Shown here: positions 1 to 9,907 of the stretch, in pieces
How positions within the stretch are numbered: the first letter of the stretch is position 1
How the letters are laid out: each line of letters begins with the position of its first letter
Assembly (NCBI GenBank): GCA_963790305.1
Contig: CAWBOC010000002.1
Location: forward strand, 184,915 to 248,914
Reading direction: 5' to 3'
Length of the DNA stretch: 64,000 bases
Source of the DNA: an uncultured Gemmatimonadaceae bacterium
GTDB taxonomy: Bacteria > Gemmatimonadota > Gemmatimonadetes > Gemmatimonadales > Gemmatimonadaceae
The notes under the pieces: model-generated
What the model was told of the DNA's origin: nothing
The model's input: the letters and a program-made list of their open reading frames with translations, nothing else
The model's database searches: none
Program-made: the position numbers and the translations under genes

Positions 1-1472
1 GTGCGGATGACGACCGGGGCGGAGAACGCATTGTTCGAGCGCCAGCGCATCGTCGCGAGCTCATCGCGAATCTGCATGTACGCCGGCCAGATGTAGTCGA
101 AGAACTGAATCTCGACGACCGGCTTGAACCCACGAATCGCCAGACCGATCGCGCGCCCGACGATGTTCGCCTCGGCCAGCGGCGAGTTGTACACGCGAGT
201 GCCGCCGAACTCCTTCTGCAGCCCCCACGTCACTTTGAAGACGCCGCCCTTGCCCTTCACCTTGCCCATGTGCTGCTCGCGCGAGATGTCGGCGACATCT
301 TCGCCGAAGACGAGGATGCGCTCGTCGCGGCGCATCTCGTCCTTCATGCATGCGTTGAGCAGGTCGACCATGGTCGTCGGCTCGCCCGCGTACTGCGGGT
401 CGTCCTCCGTGTCGAACGCATCGCTCGCCGGATCGACGTCGGGCGAATACACGGCGAAGTACACCGTGTCGGCCGCCGGCTGCGGCTGGGCGAGCGCGTC
501 GTCGGTCGCTGCCAGCACCTCGGCGTCGGTCTCCTGACGGAGGCGCTCGAGCTCGTCCTCCGTCGCGATCCCTTCCGCGACCAGCCAGCGAGGAAAGGTG
601 ATGATGGGATCGCGCTGCGCCTCCGCCTCACGCTCCTCGGGCGGCTTGTACAGGATCTCGTCGTCGGAAAGCGAGTGCGAGTACGGACGAATGACGCGAG
701 CGTGGACGAAAGCCGGTCCCTTGCGTCGGCGCGCGTGGTCGACCGCCTTCTTCATCACGTCGTAGGAGGCGAGCAGATCGCACCCGTCCACTTCCTGGAT
801 GAAGAGATTCGGGAATCCGCTGACGAGCTTCGAGATCGAGCCGCCGGCGGTGTTCACCTCGACCGGGACGGAGATCGCGTAGCCGTTATCCTCGACGAGG
901 TACACGATCGGCAGCGACAGATTGCAGGCGGTGTTGAGCGACTCCCAGAACTCGCCCTCGCTGGTCGTGCCATCGCCGGTGGTGACGAGGACGATCTCGT
1001 CCTTCTGGAAACCTTCGGTGATGCCCAACGTCTTGGCGCGGACGATCGCCTCGGCCGACCCGACCGCCTGGAGAAACTGGGTTCCCGTGGGCGACGAGGT
1101 CGAGACGATGTTGAGCTCTTTCTTCCCCCAGTGGCTCGGCATCTGGCGTCCGCCCGAGTTGGGATCGATCGCGGCGCCCACGGCGGAGTAGAGCATCTCG
1201 GCGGCCGTCATGCCGAGCTGAAGGCAAAGGGCGCGGTCGCGGTAGTACATGTAGAACCAGTCGTGCGCCGGCCGCGTGACCATTCCGGCGGCGGTCAGAA
1301 TCGCTTCGTGCCCCGCGCCGGAGATCTGAAAGAAGATCTTGTTCTGCCGCTTGAGCTGGATCTCCTTGTCGTCGATCCGGCGCGAGAGATACATCGTGCG
1401 GTATGCCGCAACGAGTAGCGCGGGACTGAGTTCGGAGCCCGCCTTACGCTCCGAGCGCGTTTGAGTTGCCAT
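1..1472 (-). CDS. 2-oxoacid (likely branched-chain) dehydrogenase E1, fused alpha/beta subunits; runs off the left edge
   Basis: Manual translation from ATG 1472 (not in ORF track): MATQTRSE...[37 protein letters not shown]-binding [32 protein letters not shown], then beta-subunit motifs [35 protein letters not shown]. Confidence 0.92.
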   Translation of the reverse strand, partial: MATQTRSERKAGSELSPALLVAAYRTMYLSRRIDDKEIQLKRQNKIFFQISGAGHEAILTAAGMVTRPAHDWFYMYYRDRALCLQLGMTAAEMLYSAVGAAIDPNSGGRQMPSHWGKKELNIVSTSSPTGTQFLQAVGSAEAIVRAKTLGITEGFQKDEIVLVTTGDGTTSEGEFWESLNTACNLSLPIVYLVEDNGYAISVPVEVNTAGGSISKLVSGFPNLFIQEVDGCDLLASYDVMKKAVDHARRRKGPAFVHARVIRPYSHSLSDDEILYKPPEEREAEAQRDPIITFPRWLVAEGIATEDELERLRQETDAEVLAATDDALAQPQPAADTVYFAVYSPDVDPASDAFDTEDDPQYAGEPTTMVDLLNACMKDEMRRDERILVFGEDVADISREQHMGKVKGKGGVFKVTWGLQKEFGGTRVYNSPLAEANIVGRAIGLAIRGFKPVVEIQFFDYIWPAYMQIRDELATMRWRSNNAFSAPVVIR

Positions 1473-1490
1473 GTCGATCAAGATAGTAGA

Positions 1491-1599
1491 CGGAATGCGG
1501 AATGCGGAATGCGGATTGCGAGTAGGACCTTCCGGGCGGTGAGGCTCATGACGCCTCGACGGTCTCATATACGAATCCGCATTCCGCATTCCGCATTCG
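1491..1599. repeat. Inverted tandem-heptamer palindrome, (GCGGAAT)n ... (ATTCCGC)n
   Basis: Left arm cggaatgcggaatgcggaatgcggattgcg; right arm cgaatccgcattccgcattccgcattcg; ~50-nt spacer; between divergent genes. Confidence 0.9.
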
Positions 1600-1612
1600 C
1601 TTTGGGGGCCCC

Positions 1613-2098
1613 ATGGCCACGCCGGCGGTCACGCACTGCATTTTCTGCGACATAATCAAAGGGGCCGCCGAGGTATCGGTGTGCTACGAGGACACCGAAT
1701 CGATCGCGTTCATGGACATCCAACCGGTGAACGCAGGCCACGTTCTTGTCGTCTCCCGGCAACACTTCGAGTCCTTCCTCGACCTGCCGAAGAGTCTCGG
1801 GACGCACCTGTTCCAGGTGGCGATGCAGCTCGCGCCGGCCATTCGCAAGGTATCGGGGGCGAATGGGATGAACGTCATCGTATCCAGTGGGGCCGCGGCG
1901 GGGCAGGACGTGTATCACTTCCACATCCATTTGATCCCGCGCCGGGAGGGGGACGGGTTCGACGTGCGTCTCCCCTTCGCGGAGTCCGAGGTGCCTGACC
2001 GGACGGTGCTGGACATGATGGCGGCGCGGATCATTGGGGCGTTACGGGACCCGACACGCGTGCGTCCGGCCCCTCGCCAGGCGGCGGCCGTTCCGTGA
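1613..2098 (+). CDS. HIT family nucleotide hydrolase
   Basis: N-terminal [19 protein letters not shown], histidine triad HFHIH. Confidence 0.93.
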   Translation: MATPAVTHCIFCDIIKGAAEVSVCYEDTESIAFMDIQPVNAGHVLVVSRQHFESFLDLPKSLGTHLFQVAMQLAPAIRKVSGANGMNVIVSSGAAAGQDVYHFHIHLIPRREGDGFDVRLPFAESEVPDRTVLDMMAARIIGALRDPTRVRPAPRQAAAVP

Positions 2099-2325
2099 CC
2101 TTTTCGGGGGTGCCACCGTCGAAAATATGAAAGGCGGACGCGCCGCGCCCTTGCGCCCCGACGTTCCGCTTCGCATTCGTAAGGCGCGCGGCGACCACGC
2201 CCCGTGGGCACCCGCGCCGATCAACGACTGGAGGCACATGAGCGTCGATCGACGACCCTCTTCCGACCCAGAACACCGTCGGCCAACCGTCGTCGCCACA
2301 CGCTGGTGCGCTCCACCCACCACGA

Positions 2326-2374
2326 CACCTCGCCCCGCCCGGGTTCCCCATCCGGCGCGGGGCGACGTGCTTTT
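2326..2374 (+). terminator. Terminator-like hairpin in the HNH gene leader (possible attenuator)
   Basis: CACCTCGCCCCG (2326-2337) pairs with CGGGGCGACGTG (2358-2369, one mismatch), inner stem CCGGG/TCCGG, followed by CTTTT. Confidence 0.5.
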
Positions 2375-2386
2375 CGGCGAGGTGCA

Positions 2387-2788
2387 ATGTCTCGGCACGG
2401 CATTCATCGCATCTGCCTCCCCCGCGCGCCGCGTGGACTTCTCCGGCGGCGTCGTTCCCACCTTCGCCACGTCGACTTCAAGCGAGCGCTCAAGCGCGCC
2501 GTAATGCGCGACTGCGGCCGGCGCTGCGTCTACTGCGGCGCCTGGCTCGAGCATGATCATGCGACTATCGATCACGTGCACCCGCGCGCGCGGGGAGGTA
2601 TCACCGCGTACGGCAACCTCGTTGCCGCCTGCGCCCCGTGCAACCGATTGAAGGGTGACATGCTGCCGCACGATTTCTTCGTGCGGTATCCGCTGGCGGG
2701 GATGAACTTCCTGTTATACGCTCGCGTCGTTCATCGCGCCTTGAAGCGGGGCGCGCGGAGAGCGGTGAGTCTCGCGTTGGCGGCTTGA
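2387..2788 (+). CDS. Small HNH endonuclease
   Basis: CVYC...TIDHVHPRARGG...NLVAACAPCNRLKG zinc-finger/HNH signature; start ATG 2387 chosen for upstream GAGGTG. Confidence 0.88.
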   Translation: MSRHGIHRICLPRAPRGLLRRRRSHLRHVDFKRALKRAVMRDCGRRCVYCGAWLEHDHATIDHVHPRARGGITAYGNLVAACAPCNRLKGDMLPHDFFVRYPLAGMNFLLYARVVHRALKRGARRAVSLALAA

Positions 2789-2791
2789 ACT

Positions 2792-2919
2792 AGGGGTCAG
2801 GAGTCAGGGGTCGGGGATCAGGGGGTGTCCGGGCAAAGGGTTCAGGAGTCGCGCGAGCCGTACTCCTCGAACCTTCGCCCTGACACCCCCTGATCCCTGA
2901 CCCCTGACTCCTGACCCCT
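2792..2919. repeat. Inverted tandem-heptamer palindrome, (CAGGGGT/CAGGAGT)n, ~128-nt hairpin
   Basis: Left aggggtcaggagtcaggggtcggggatcagggggtgtc vs right gacaccccctgatccctgacccctgactcctgacccct; the spacer also pairs (aggagt/actcct); between convergent HNH and nadE. Confidence 0.92.
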
Positions 2920-2926
2920 CGTCCGC

Positions 2927-4768
2927 TCAGTAGTCGACCGGGCGCAAATAGCTCTCCCCAATGGCATTCGGACTCACCATCGCGACCGTCGGAAGGCGGC
3001 GCTTCCAGTGCGTTCCCTCGAGGCGCTGCCTGACGAGCTCCACTTCCTTGGCCTCGAAGCCGCGCGCCACCAGCTCCGCGGGCGCGTAGCCGCTCAGCAG
3101 CCACTGCAGAATCCGATCGGCCTTCTCGTAGGTGATCCCGAAATCGCCCTCGTCGGTCTGGCCGTGTACGAGGTCGGCCGTCGCCGGCTTTTCGACGATC
3201 GTCTTCGGAACCCCGAGATGACGTGCCAGCTGCCACACCTGGGTCTTGAACAGGTCGCCGAGCGGGTTCACTGGCGGCGAATCGTCCGCGTGCCAGGTGA
3301 AATATCCGAACAGCCGCTCCGTCTTGTTCCCCGTGCCTAACGGAATGGCCTGGTGCTTCGACGACAGGTCGAACAGCGCGATCATCCGAACGCGCGCCAT
3401 CACGTTGCCGCGGCGACCCGGGGACGCGTCCGACTCGGCGGTGAGGTAGCCGTCCACCGCCGGTGAGATATCGAGCGTTCTCCCGGTGATGCCAAGCGCA
3501 TCGATGACGAGCTGCGCGTGCTCCAGGCTCTCCTTGCTCGACGTGCGGTACGGCAGTCGCACGCCAATGACGTTTTCCGGGCCAAGCGCGCGCGCCGCGA
3601 GATACGCGGTGACCGCCGAGTCGACGCCGCCGGAAATGCCGATGATCCCCTTCGTAAAGCCGCGACGCTTCACTTCCTCCTGGATGAAGTGGACCAACCA
3701 CTTCTCGGTGAGCTCACCGTCGATGTCGAGAGGCGGCGGCCCGCCCCCACCTTCCAGCGGAGTGGCCTGCACCACCCGCAGCGGTCCCCGCGCGGGCGGC
3801 TCCACATCGGGGTGCACCAACGCGTGATCGCCATTCTCGCTCGGCGGGTCGAACGCGAGTGGAGAGGCCTCACGAGTCTCCTTCGCCGTCAGGCTTTCCA
3901 TGAGATGCGGCATCGCGGTGCGCAGATCGGCCAGCAGCGGCATGTCCGCGCGCGCGCGAGTGAGGTCGGCGAGATCGAGGGGCAGCGTCACCAGCGCCTC
4001 GTCCCACAATGGAGCGCGGGTGCGGATGTCGCCCTTGGGGCCCGAGATGAGCGACGCGCCGGAGAAGATCTTTCCCCCTTCACTCCCGGCGAGATTCGCG
4101 AACGACACGAATACCCCGTGCTCCTCGGCGATATCGCGAATGAGCCGCTCCCATCGCGCGACGCTGGCAGGCCCCGGGATGGCATCGTCGCGAGGCCACG
4201 CGCCGCGCGCTGGCGCCGCACTCGACACGAAGATCACCTGCGCGCCGTCGAGCGCCGCCAGCGTGCCCGACAGCGAATGCCACGCATCCTCGCAGACGAG
4301 AATCGATGCCCGTCCCCATGGCGTGTCGAAGGCGTGGAACTCGTGACCGCGCTCGACGAATCGCTCCTCGTCGAACAGCCCGTACGTGGGCAGGAACACC
4401 TTGCGATGCACGTGCCGGACGTCAGGCCCCTCGGGCCCGAGCGTGACGTACATGGCGCTATTGAACAGTGTGTTCTGGAAGATCTCGTAAAAGCCGACGA
4501 CGACGTCGAGACTCGAAAGCCCATTGGTCGCACCGCGCCACGTCTCCTGGAGATCGCGCGCGAGGGTTCCTGCCGTCACCGCGAGATCGCGGACTCCCCC
4601 TTCCACGAAGTAGCCGGTGAGCGCGGTCTCGGGGAGATGAAGTACCTGCGGCCGTGGCCGCATCCCGTGCACCTGCGAGAACACCTCGCCGAGCCGCGTG
4701 AGGTTCGCGGCGTAGTCGCCCTTGGCGGGCTTGATCTGGGCGAGGGCTAGATGAACCAATGGCGCCAT
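2927..4768 (-). CDS. nadE: Glutamine-dependent NAD+ synthetase (nitrilase-fold glutaminase + synthetase)
   Basis: Nitrilase triad PE..RK..VCEDAW; synthetase GISGGVDSAV, GNVMARVRM, GTGNKTE, NPLGDLFKTQV, KPATADL..GQTDEGD. Confidence 0.95.
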   Translation of the reverse strand: MAPLVHLALAQIKPAKGDYAANLTRLGEVFSQVHGMRPRPQVLHLPETALTGYFVEGGVRDLAVTAGTLARDLQETWRGATNGLSSLDVVVGFYEIFQNTLFNSAMYVTLGPEGPDVRHVHRKVFLPTYGLFDEERFVERGHEFHAFDTPWGRASILVCEDAWHSLSGTLAALDGAQVIFVSSAAPARGAWPRDDAIPGPASVARWERLIRDIAEEHGVFVSFANLAGSEGGKIFSGASLISGPKGDIRTRAPLWDEALVTLPLDLADLTRARADMPLLADLRTAMPHLMESLTAKETREASPLAFDPPSENGDHALVHPDVEPPARGPLRVVQATPLEGGGGPPPLDIDGELTEKWLVHFIQEEVKRRGFTKGIIGISGGVDSAVTAYLAARALGPENVIGVRLPYRTSSKESLEHAQLVIDALGITGRTLDISPAVDGYLTAESDASPGRRGNVMARVRMIALFDLSSKHQAIPLGTGNKTERLFGYFTWHADDSPPVNPLGDLFKTQVWQLARHLGVPKTIVEKPATADLVHGQTDEGDFGITYEKADRILQWLLSGYAPAELVARGFEAKEVELVRQRLEGTHWKRRLPTVAMVSPNAIGESYLRPVDY

Positions 4769-4841
4769 CCCTCGAAAGATGGTCGTAACGCTGGGAACGG
4801 GCCAGTCCACTAGATGAACTTCCGCAGACGTCTGCGGAAGT

Positions 4842-6278
4842 TCATCTCGTGATAAATGCAGGTGGCCTGATCGCCGTCACGCACGAGGTATCGATCCCCT
4901 GTGTGGCACCGCGGCTGATAAACTGGGCAACGATCGTCTCTACACAGGGATCTGCTCCCGCGTGCGCCATCCCCGGCACGACGAGCACCGTTGCGTTAGG
5001 CAGCCCGCGGGCGACCGCCTCGGCGAATCGCGGAGGGGTCACCGGGTCGAGCGCGCCGACGACGAGCAGCACCGGCACCGGCGCGCCCGCGCTATTCCTT
5101 ACGTCCGGTCGTCTCGCGTGCGGCCAGACATCGCACGCGTCCCGGTACATGCGGAGCCGATAGTCACCGAGGAAAGCGCCGCTCGCATCGCGCGAAGGAC
5201 TCATGTCGTCCACGCAGGCCGCGCTCAGGTGTGCGCCGGCATCGATCTGGTCGAATACCACGCGGCTCAGCTCATAGGCGAGCGCCACGAACGGTGTCCA
5301 GTCGTTCTCGTGCGCCCGGTGGAGAGCCATCGGAATACGACGCGACAGGCGCGTCGAGTAGAGCATGATGCGCAGCCGATCGGCGAAGACGCCACGAGTC
5401 AGGCTGACGGTGATGCTGTCCTTCGACCGTGGATGCTCCACGCGCACGGACAGTGGTCCGCGGTCGAAGCGGGACAGCAGCGTGCTCAGCTCACGTCGCA
5501 GCGCAGGAAAGGAGGTGCGGCAGAACGGGTCGCCGGCGCAGTCCGCGAGGACGCGGTCGAGGGCGCCCTGTGCATCACGCGCGGCGGTGCGCGGGAGCGA
5601 AACGTCGTGAGGAATCGCCCCCTGTAACACGACCGAGCGTACGCGGTTGGAATACCGGGCCAGGTACTCGATGGCAACGCGGGTTCCGTAGGCGCTGGCG
5701 TCGATATCGATGAGCGGAACGCCAAGCCAGCCCCGCACCGCCTCGAGGTCATCGGCGGCGGCTGCGGTCGTGTACTGCGTGAGATCAGCCCGCCGCGCCA
5801 GACGTTGCGCGCACGCACGCACGGAATCCACGCGAAACTGGTCCCCGAGATACGTCGCAACATCCTCTCCGGTCCCGTACAGCTCACAGGCAAGGGCGTT
5901 CGAGCCACCAGTTCCACGCTGATCGATGAGCACGACGTCGTGCGTCGCGCGTGTGGTCGCGTGGGATCCCGCGACGAGATCGGCGAGCGTGGTGGCGGCC
6001 AGTCCCGGGCCGCCGACGAGGTAAAAGAGCGCGTGACGTGGCGCGCCCGCGGGAGCGCGCGATGGGAGGATCACGACGCGCAGCGAGATCGTGCGCCCAC
6101 CGCTCGTCGCGCGAGTCTCCGGCACTTCGACTGTCGCGCACCGCACTTGTTCGTCCAGGCCCGCCACGCGACATGGCGTTGTTGACGGCGTCGATTGGGC
6201 GAGGCCGACGGTTACCGCACAGGCCCCGATAGCGACCATCGCTACGAGCCAACCTGCGTGACGTCCCGACATGGTCAT
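4842..6278 (-). CDS. Exported alpha/beta hydrolase (TAP-like peptidase family)
   Basis: Signal peptide; LVGGPG, IDQRGTG, nucleophile ASAYG, C-terminal GALDPVTP and GMAH. Confidence 0.85.
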   Translation of the reverse strand: MTMSGRHAGWLVAMVAIGACAVTVGLAQSTPSTTPCRVAGLDEQVRCATVEVPETRATSGGRTISLRVVILPSRAPAGAPRHALFYLVGGPGLAATTLADLVAGSHATTRATHDVVLIDQRGTGGSNALACELYGTGEDVATYLGDQFRVDSVRACAQRLARRADLTQYTTAAAADDLEAVRGWLGVPLIDIDASAYGTRVAIEYLARYSNRVRSVVLQGAIPHDVSLPRTAARDAQGALDRVLADCAGDPFCRTSFPALRRELSTLLSRFDRGPLSVRVEHPRSKDSITVSLTRGVFADRLRIMLYSTRLSRRIPMALHRAHENDWTPFVALAYELSRVVFDQIDAGAHLSAACVDDMSPSRDASGAFLGDYRLRMYRDACDVWPHARRPDVRNSAGAPVPVLLVVGALDPVTPPRFAEAVARGLPNATVLVVPGMAHAGADPCVETIVAQFISRGATQGIDTSCVTAIRPPAFITR

Positions 6279-6372
6279 CACTCAATCCTGACCGAGCGTG
6301 TCGATCGTCACAAGGCATCGGCTGGGCGCAATGATACCATTCGGGTCCCTTCGGGGTATTTTTCCAGATCCA

Positions 6373-8409
6373 ATGACTCGCTCGACCGTGACTTCTTATC
6401 GCCCGCTCGTTCTGTGCGCGCTCCTGGCGCTTTCAGCGCCGTTGGCGCCTCGGCTCCTCGCGCAGGAAACGGAGAGCACCGAGCCATGGCGGCTCATCCA
6501 GCCGCCGCAGTCATCGCTCGTCGTGGCGCGCGACGGCTCGCTGATCGGCGAGATCGGCAAGGAATGGCGGACGTCGGTCCCGATCAAATCGCTGCCGAAG
6601 TATGTACCTCAGGCCTTCGTCGCCATCGAGGACCATCGCTTCTACGAGCACGGCGGCGTCGACGTGATCGGCATCGCCGGCGCAATCAAGGATGCCGTCA
6701 CCGGCTCGCCGCGCGGGGCGAGCACCATCACCCAGCAGCTCGTCGGCAACATGCATCCGGAGGAGATCGACCGGCGAGATCGGTCGCTCAGCCGAAAGGT
6801 GCGTGAGCAGCGGGCCGCGATCGAGATGGAGAAGCGATACTCCAAGGATGAGATCCTGGAGGCGTATCTCAACCAGATCGCGTTTGGGCATGGATGGTAC
6901 GGCATTGAAGCCGCCGCGCGTCATTACTTTGGCAAACCCGCCTCGCGACTGACGCTCGAAGAGGCCGCCACGCTCGCGGCGCTACCGAAGGGGCCCGCGA
7001 TCTATGATCCGATTCGCCACCCTGACCGCGCCAGGAGCCGTCGCGACGAAGTGCTGGGTCGAATGGCGGCGAATGGCTTCATCACGCGCGCGCAAGCGGA
7101 TGCGGCGAAGAAGCGTCCGCTGGTCGTCACGCCGAACATGGGGATGTCGGCGCCATCGCCCTATTTCGTCGACGTCGTTCGCTCGCAAGCGGAGCGTGCA
7201 GGCATACCGGTGATGAACGGAGGGTATCGCATCGTCACGACGCTCGATGCGCCGCTGCAAAGCGCGGCAGTCGAGGCGCTCACCGAGGGCACGCGCCGCG
7301 TCGAAGGCCTTCCGGGATACGGCCAGCCCACCTATGAGAAGCGCACTCGCGGTCAGACGGACTATTTGCAGGGCATGGTCGTGTCGCTCGATGCGCTCAC
7401 CGGTGAGGTGCGCGCGCTCGTCGGCGGTCGCGACTACGCGGAGTCCCCGTTCAACCGAGCCGTCAACGGCGTCCGACAGCCAGGGTCGGCGTTCAAGCCG
7501 ATCGTGTACGCCGCGGCCGTGACAGACAGCATTCCGGCGAACGCGATCGTGCCCGATACGGCGCTCGCGATTCCGCTTCCCGATGGCACGATGTACGAGC
7601 CGGGGAACGCCGACGACGAGTTCCTCGGTCCCATCACCGTGCGAGAGGCGCTGGTGCGGTCGCGCAATCCGGTCGCCGTGCAGCTGGGCCAGCTGGTGGG
7701 GATGGACTCTGTCGCGTCGTTCGCCCGGCGCATGGGTATCGAGTCAGCGGTTGTGCCGGTACCGTCATCGGCCATCGGCGCGTCGTCCCTCCGACCCATC
7801 GAGCTCGTTGCCGCGTATTCCGCGTTTGCGACGTTAGGCGTCGCGGTGGAGCCGCGCTACATCACGCGCATCGAAGACCGCACCGGTCGCACGGTCTGGA
7901 CGCCGGAACCGAAGCCGCCGGCGCTAGCGATCGATCCGCGCGTCGCGTTCATCGTGCGTGACATGATGCGCGAAGCAGTGGAGCGGGGAACGGGCTCGTG
8001 GGTGCGACGCCTCGTGGACCCGCGCGTTCCGGTGGCCGGGAAAACGGGGACGACCAACGACAACACCGATGTCTGGTTCGTCGGGATGACGCCGGAGCTG
8101 GTCGCGGGCGTGTGGCTCGGCTTCGATCGCCCGCGTCCGATCGCGCGCGGTGCCGGCGGCGGCACCTACGCCGCGCCGATCTTCGGGCAGATGATGGCGA
8201 AATACTACGAGGGCCGCGCGGTCGGCACCTGGGCGCCCCCCGCGGGGCTCGTCTCGGCGGAGCTCGACCGGCAGACGGGGCTGCTCGCCGACGCGTTCAC
8301 GCCGGTGGAGCGACGCTACGTCGAGTATTTTCTCGAGGGCACGGAGCCAATCGAGCTACGGCCGACGCCTTGGATGATATTTCAGTACGGACCATTGGGT
8401 GGCGATTGA
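6373..8409 (+). CDS. Class A penicillin-binding protein (PBP1A family transglycosylase/transpeptidase)
   Basis: GT51 motifs EDHRFYEHGGVD, GASTITQQL, RKVRE, KDEILEAYLN; transpeptidase SAFK, SRN, KTG. Confidence 0.94.
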   Translation: MTRSTVTSYRPLVLCALLALSAPLAPRLLAQETESTEPWRLIQPPQSSLVVARDGSLIGEIGKEWRTSVPIKSLPKYVPQAFVAIEDHRFYEHGGVDVIGIAGAIKDAVTGSPRGASTITQQLVGNMHPEEIDRRDRSLSRKVREQRAAIEMEKRYSKDEILEAYLNQIAFGHGWYGIEAAARHYFGKPASRLTLEEAATLAALPKGPAIYDPIRHPDRARSRRDEVLGRMAANGFITRAQADAAKKRPLVVTPNMGMSAPSPYFVDVVRSQAERAGIPVMNGGYRIVTTLDAPLQSAAVEALTEGTRRVEGLPGYGQPTYEKRTRGQTDYLQGMVVSLDALTGEVRALVGGRDYAESPFNRAVNGVRQPGSAFKPIVYAAAVTDSIPANAIVPDTALAIPLPDGTMYEPGNADDEFLGPITVREALVRSRNPVAVQLGQLVGMDSVASFARRMGIESAVVPVPSSAIGASSLRPIELVAAYSAFATLGVAVEPRYITRIEDRTGRTVWTPEPKPPALAIDPRVAFIVRDMMREAVERGTGSWVRRLVDPRVPVAGKTGTTNDNTDVWFVGMTPELVAGVWLGFDRPRPIARGAGGGTYAAPIFGQMMAKYYEGRAVGTWAPPAGLVSAELDRQTGLLADAFTPVERRYVEYFLEGTEPIELRPTPWMIFQYGPLGGD

Positions 8410-8429
8410 GACAGATCTCTGAACGGCGA

Positions 8430-8534
8430 AGATGTCAGATGTCAGAGTACAGAATTCAGAATTCGGAATGCGCCGGTCCAGGACCCGAGCAGTCTGAATT
8501 CTGAATTCTGTACTCTGACATTCTGACATTTCTG
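8430..8534. repeat. Inverted tandem-heptamer palindrome, (CAGAATT/CAGATGT)n
   Basis: atgtcagatgtcagagtacagaattcagaattcgga ... tctgaattctgaattctgtactctgacattctgacat; the gtac variant unit is mirrored in both arms. Confidence 0.9.
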
Positions 8535-8554
8535 CGGTTCCCAACCACACGCGC

Positions 8555-9307
8555 ATGCGCACTCTCCTTCTAGTCATGTTGGCGGCGCTGGCCTGCGCCC
8601 GTCAGCCCACGCCGGCTCCCACGCCTTCGGCTCCGTCGATCACGACCGCGGAGCAGCTCGTCACGGCCATGCACGATCGATATGCGGGCAAGTGGTATTC
8701 GACGCTCGCTTTCGTGCAAAAGAACACGCGCTATCTGGGCGATGGGCGGACCGATACGTCGACGTGGAGCGAGGTGCTGAGCTTGCCGGGGAAGCTGCGC
8801 ATCGACGTGGAGCCCCGCGCGAATGGCAACGGCAACATCTATCGCAACGATACGGTGTACGTCTTCAACAACCGCCGGCTCGTCAGGCAGGCGCGTTCGC
8901 CGCACCCGCTGCTCCTGCTCGGATTCGACGTCTACTTCATTCCCGTCGAGCGGTCGATCTCCGGGCTCCGCGAGATCGGCTTCGATTTGGCGCGCATGCA
9001 CGAGGCAACCTGGCAAGGACGTCCCGCCTACGTGGTTGGCGCGTCGGCGGGCGATGGTCGTACCCGTCAGTTCTGGATCGATCGCGAGCGACTCGTCTTC
9101 GTGAGAATGATCGAGCCGTCGCGACGCGACACGACGAAGACCGCCGAGATCCGGTTCAACCGGTATTATCAGGTCGGAGACGCCTGGCTTTCCCCCGAGG
9201 TCGAGTTCCTGATCGACGGGGCTCGCGACTTTCTCGAGGAGTACACCGAGATCCGGACGGGGGTGCCGGTCGCGGATTCCGTGTTTGATCCCGCGCGGTG
9301 GAGATGA
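8555..9307 (+). CDS. Hypothetical lipoprotein (possibly LolA-like fold)
   Basis: Lipobox LAALAC; beta-rich sequence with QFWIDRERLVFVR and terminal DSVFDP. Confidence 0.75.
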   Translation: MRTLLLVMLAALACARQPTPAPTPSAPSITTAEQLVTAMHDRYAGKWYSTLAFVQKNTRYLGDGRTDTSTWSEVLSLPGKLRIDVEPRANGNGNIYRNDTVYVFNNRRLVRQARSPHPLLLLGFDVYFIPVERSISGLREIGFDLARMHEATWQGRPAYVVGASAGDGRTRQFWIDRERLVFVRMIEPSRRDTTKTAEIRFNRYYQVGDAWLSPEVEFLIDGARDFLEEYTEIRTGVPVADSVFDPARWR

Positions 9308-9316
9308 GGTAGACCC

Positions 9317-9432
9317 AGGTAATCAAGGGGTGTCGAGGTAATCGAGGTAATCGAGGTAATCGAGGTAATCGAGGTATTCGAGTAGGCGAGGGGAACGTCA
9401 CCTCGATCACCTCGATCACCTCGACAACCTCT
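9317..9432. repeat. Inverted tandem-nonamer palindrome, (GAGGTAATC)n ... (GATCACCTC)n
   Basis: Four gaggtaatc units plus variants, loop gaggggaac, then cacctcgat repeats; between convergent genes. Confidence 0.9.
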
Positions 9433-9434
9433 CC

Positions 9435-9791
9435 CTACTTCGCGTACTTCCCAGCCCCCAGGAAATGCAACGACACGTACACCTCGTCCCCCTCGACCCA
9501 GCTGTCGTGCGGGTCGGACGGGACGTGGAAGAGCGTGCCGGGCAGGAGGTGGTGCACCTTCCCGTCCGCGAACTCCACCGTCGCGTGACCGGACACGACG
9601 AGACCCACGTGCTCGACGCTGCAGCGCTTCGCGCCGACACCGGGACCAACGTGGACCGACCACCGCCAACCCGGCTCGTACGTCGCGCGGCCGACGGTCA
9701 TCCCGCCCAATGTGACGAGCTCGAAGCGGCCCTTCTCGAAGTGGCGGACCTCGTCGGGGGTCTCGAAGCGCTTGAGGATGAGGTCGTACAT
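9435..9791 (-). CDS. Cupin domain protein
   Basis: MYDLILKRFETPDEVR..., YEPGWRWSVHV, CSVEHVG, PHDSWVEG. Confidence 0.85.
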   Translation of the reverse strand: MYDLILKRFETPDEVRHFEKGRFELVTLGGMTVGRATYEPGWRWSVHVGPGVGAKRCSVEHVGLVVSGHATVEFADGKVHHLLPGTLFHVPSDPHDSWVEGDEVYVSLHFLGAGKYAK

Positions 9792-9907
9792 GGCGGGCTG
9801 AATGGGGTTGAGGGGTCGCGGACTACATTTGGCGCCCAGAGCACGGGACTTGCCTTTCTGAGGGCAGGAACTCGAGAATACTGCCGTTAGAGAGAGAGGA
9901 TGTGACG

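Noticed and set aside
2204..2788. HNH ORF as an IscB/Cas9-like RNA-guided nuclease
   Set aside because: Only ~130 aa, with no RuvC motifs or PLMP N-terminus.
9317..9432. Short repeats as a possible CRISPR array (also 38827, 50784, 59495)
   Set aside because: Units are 7-9 nt and directly adjacent, with no unique spacers and no cas genes.
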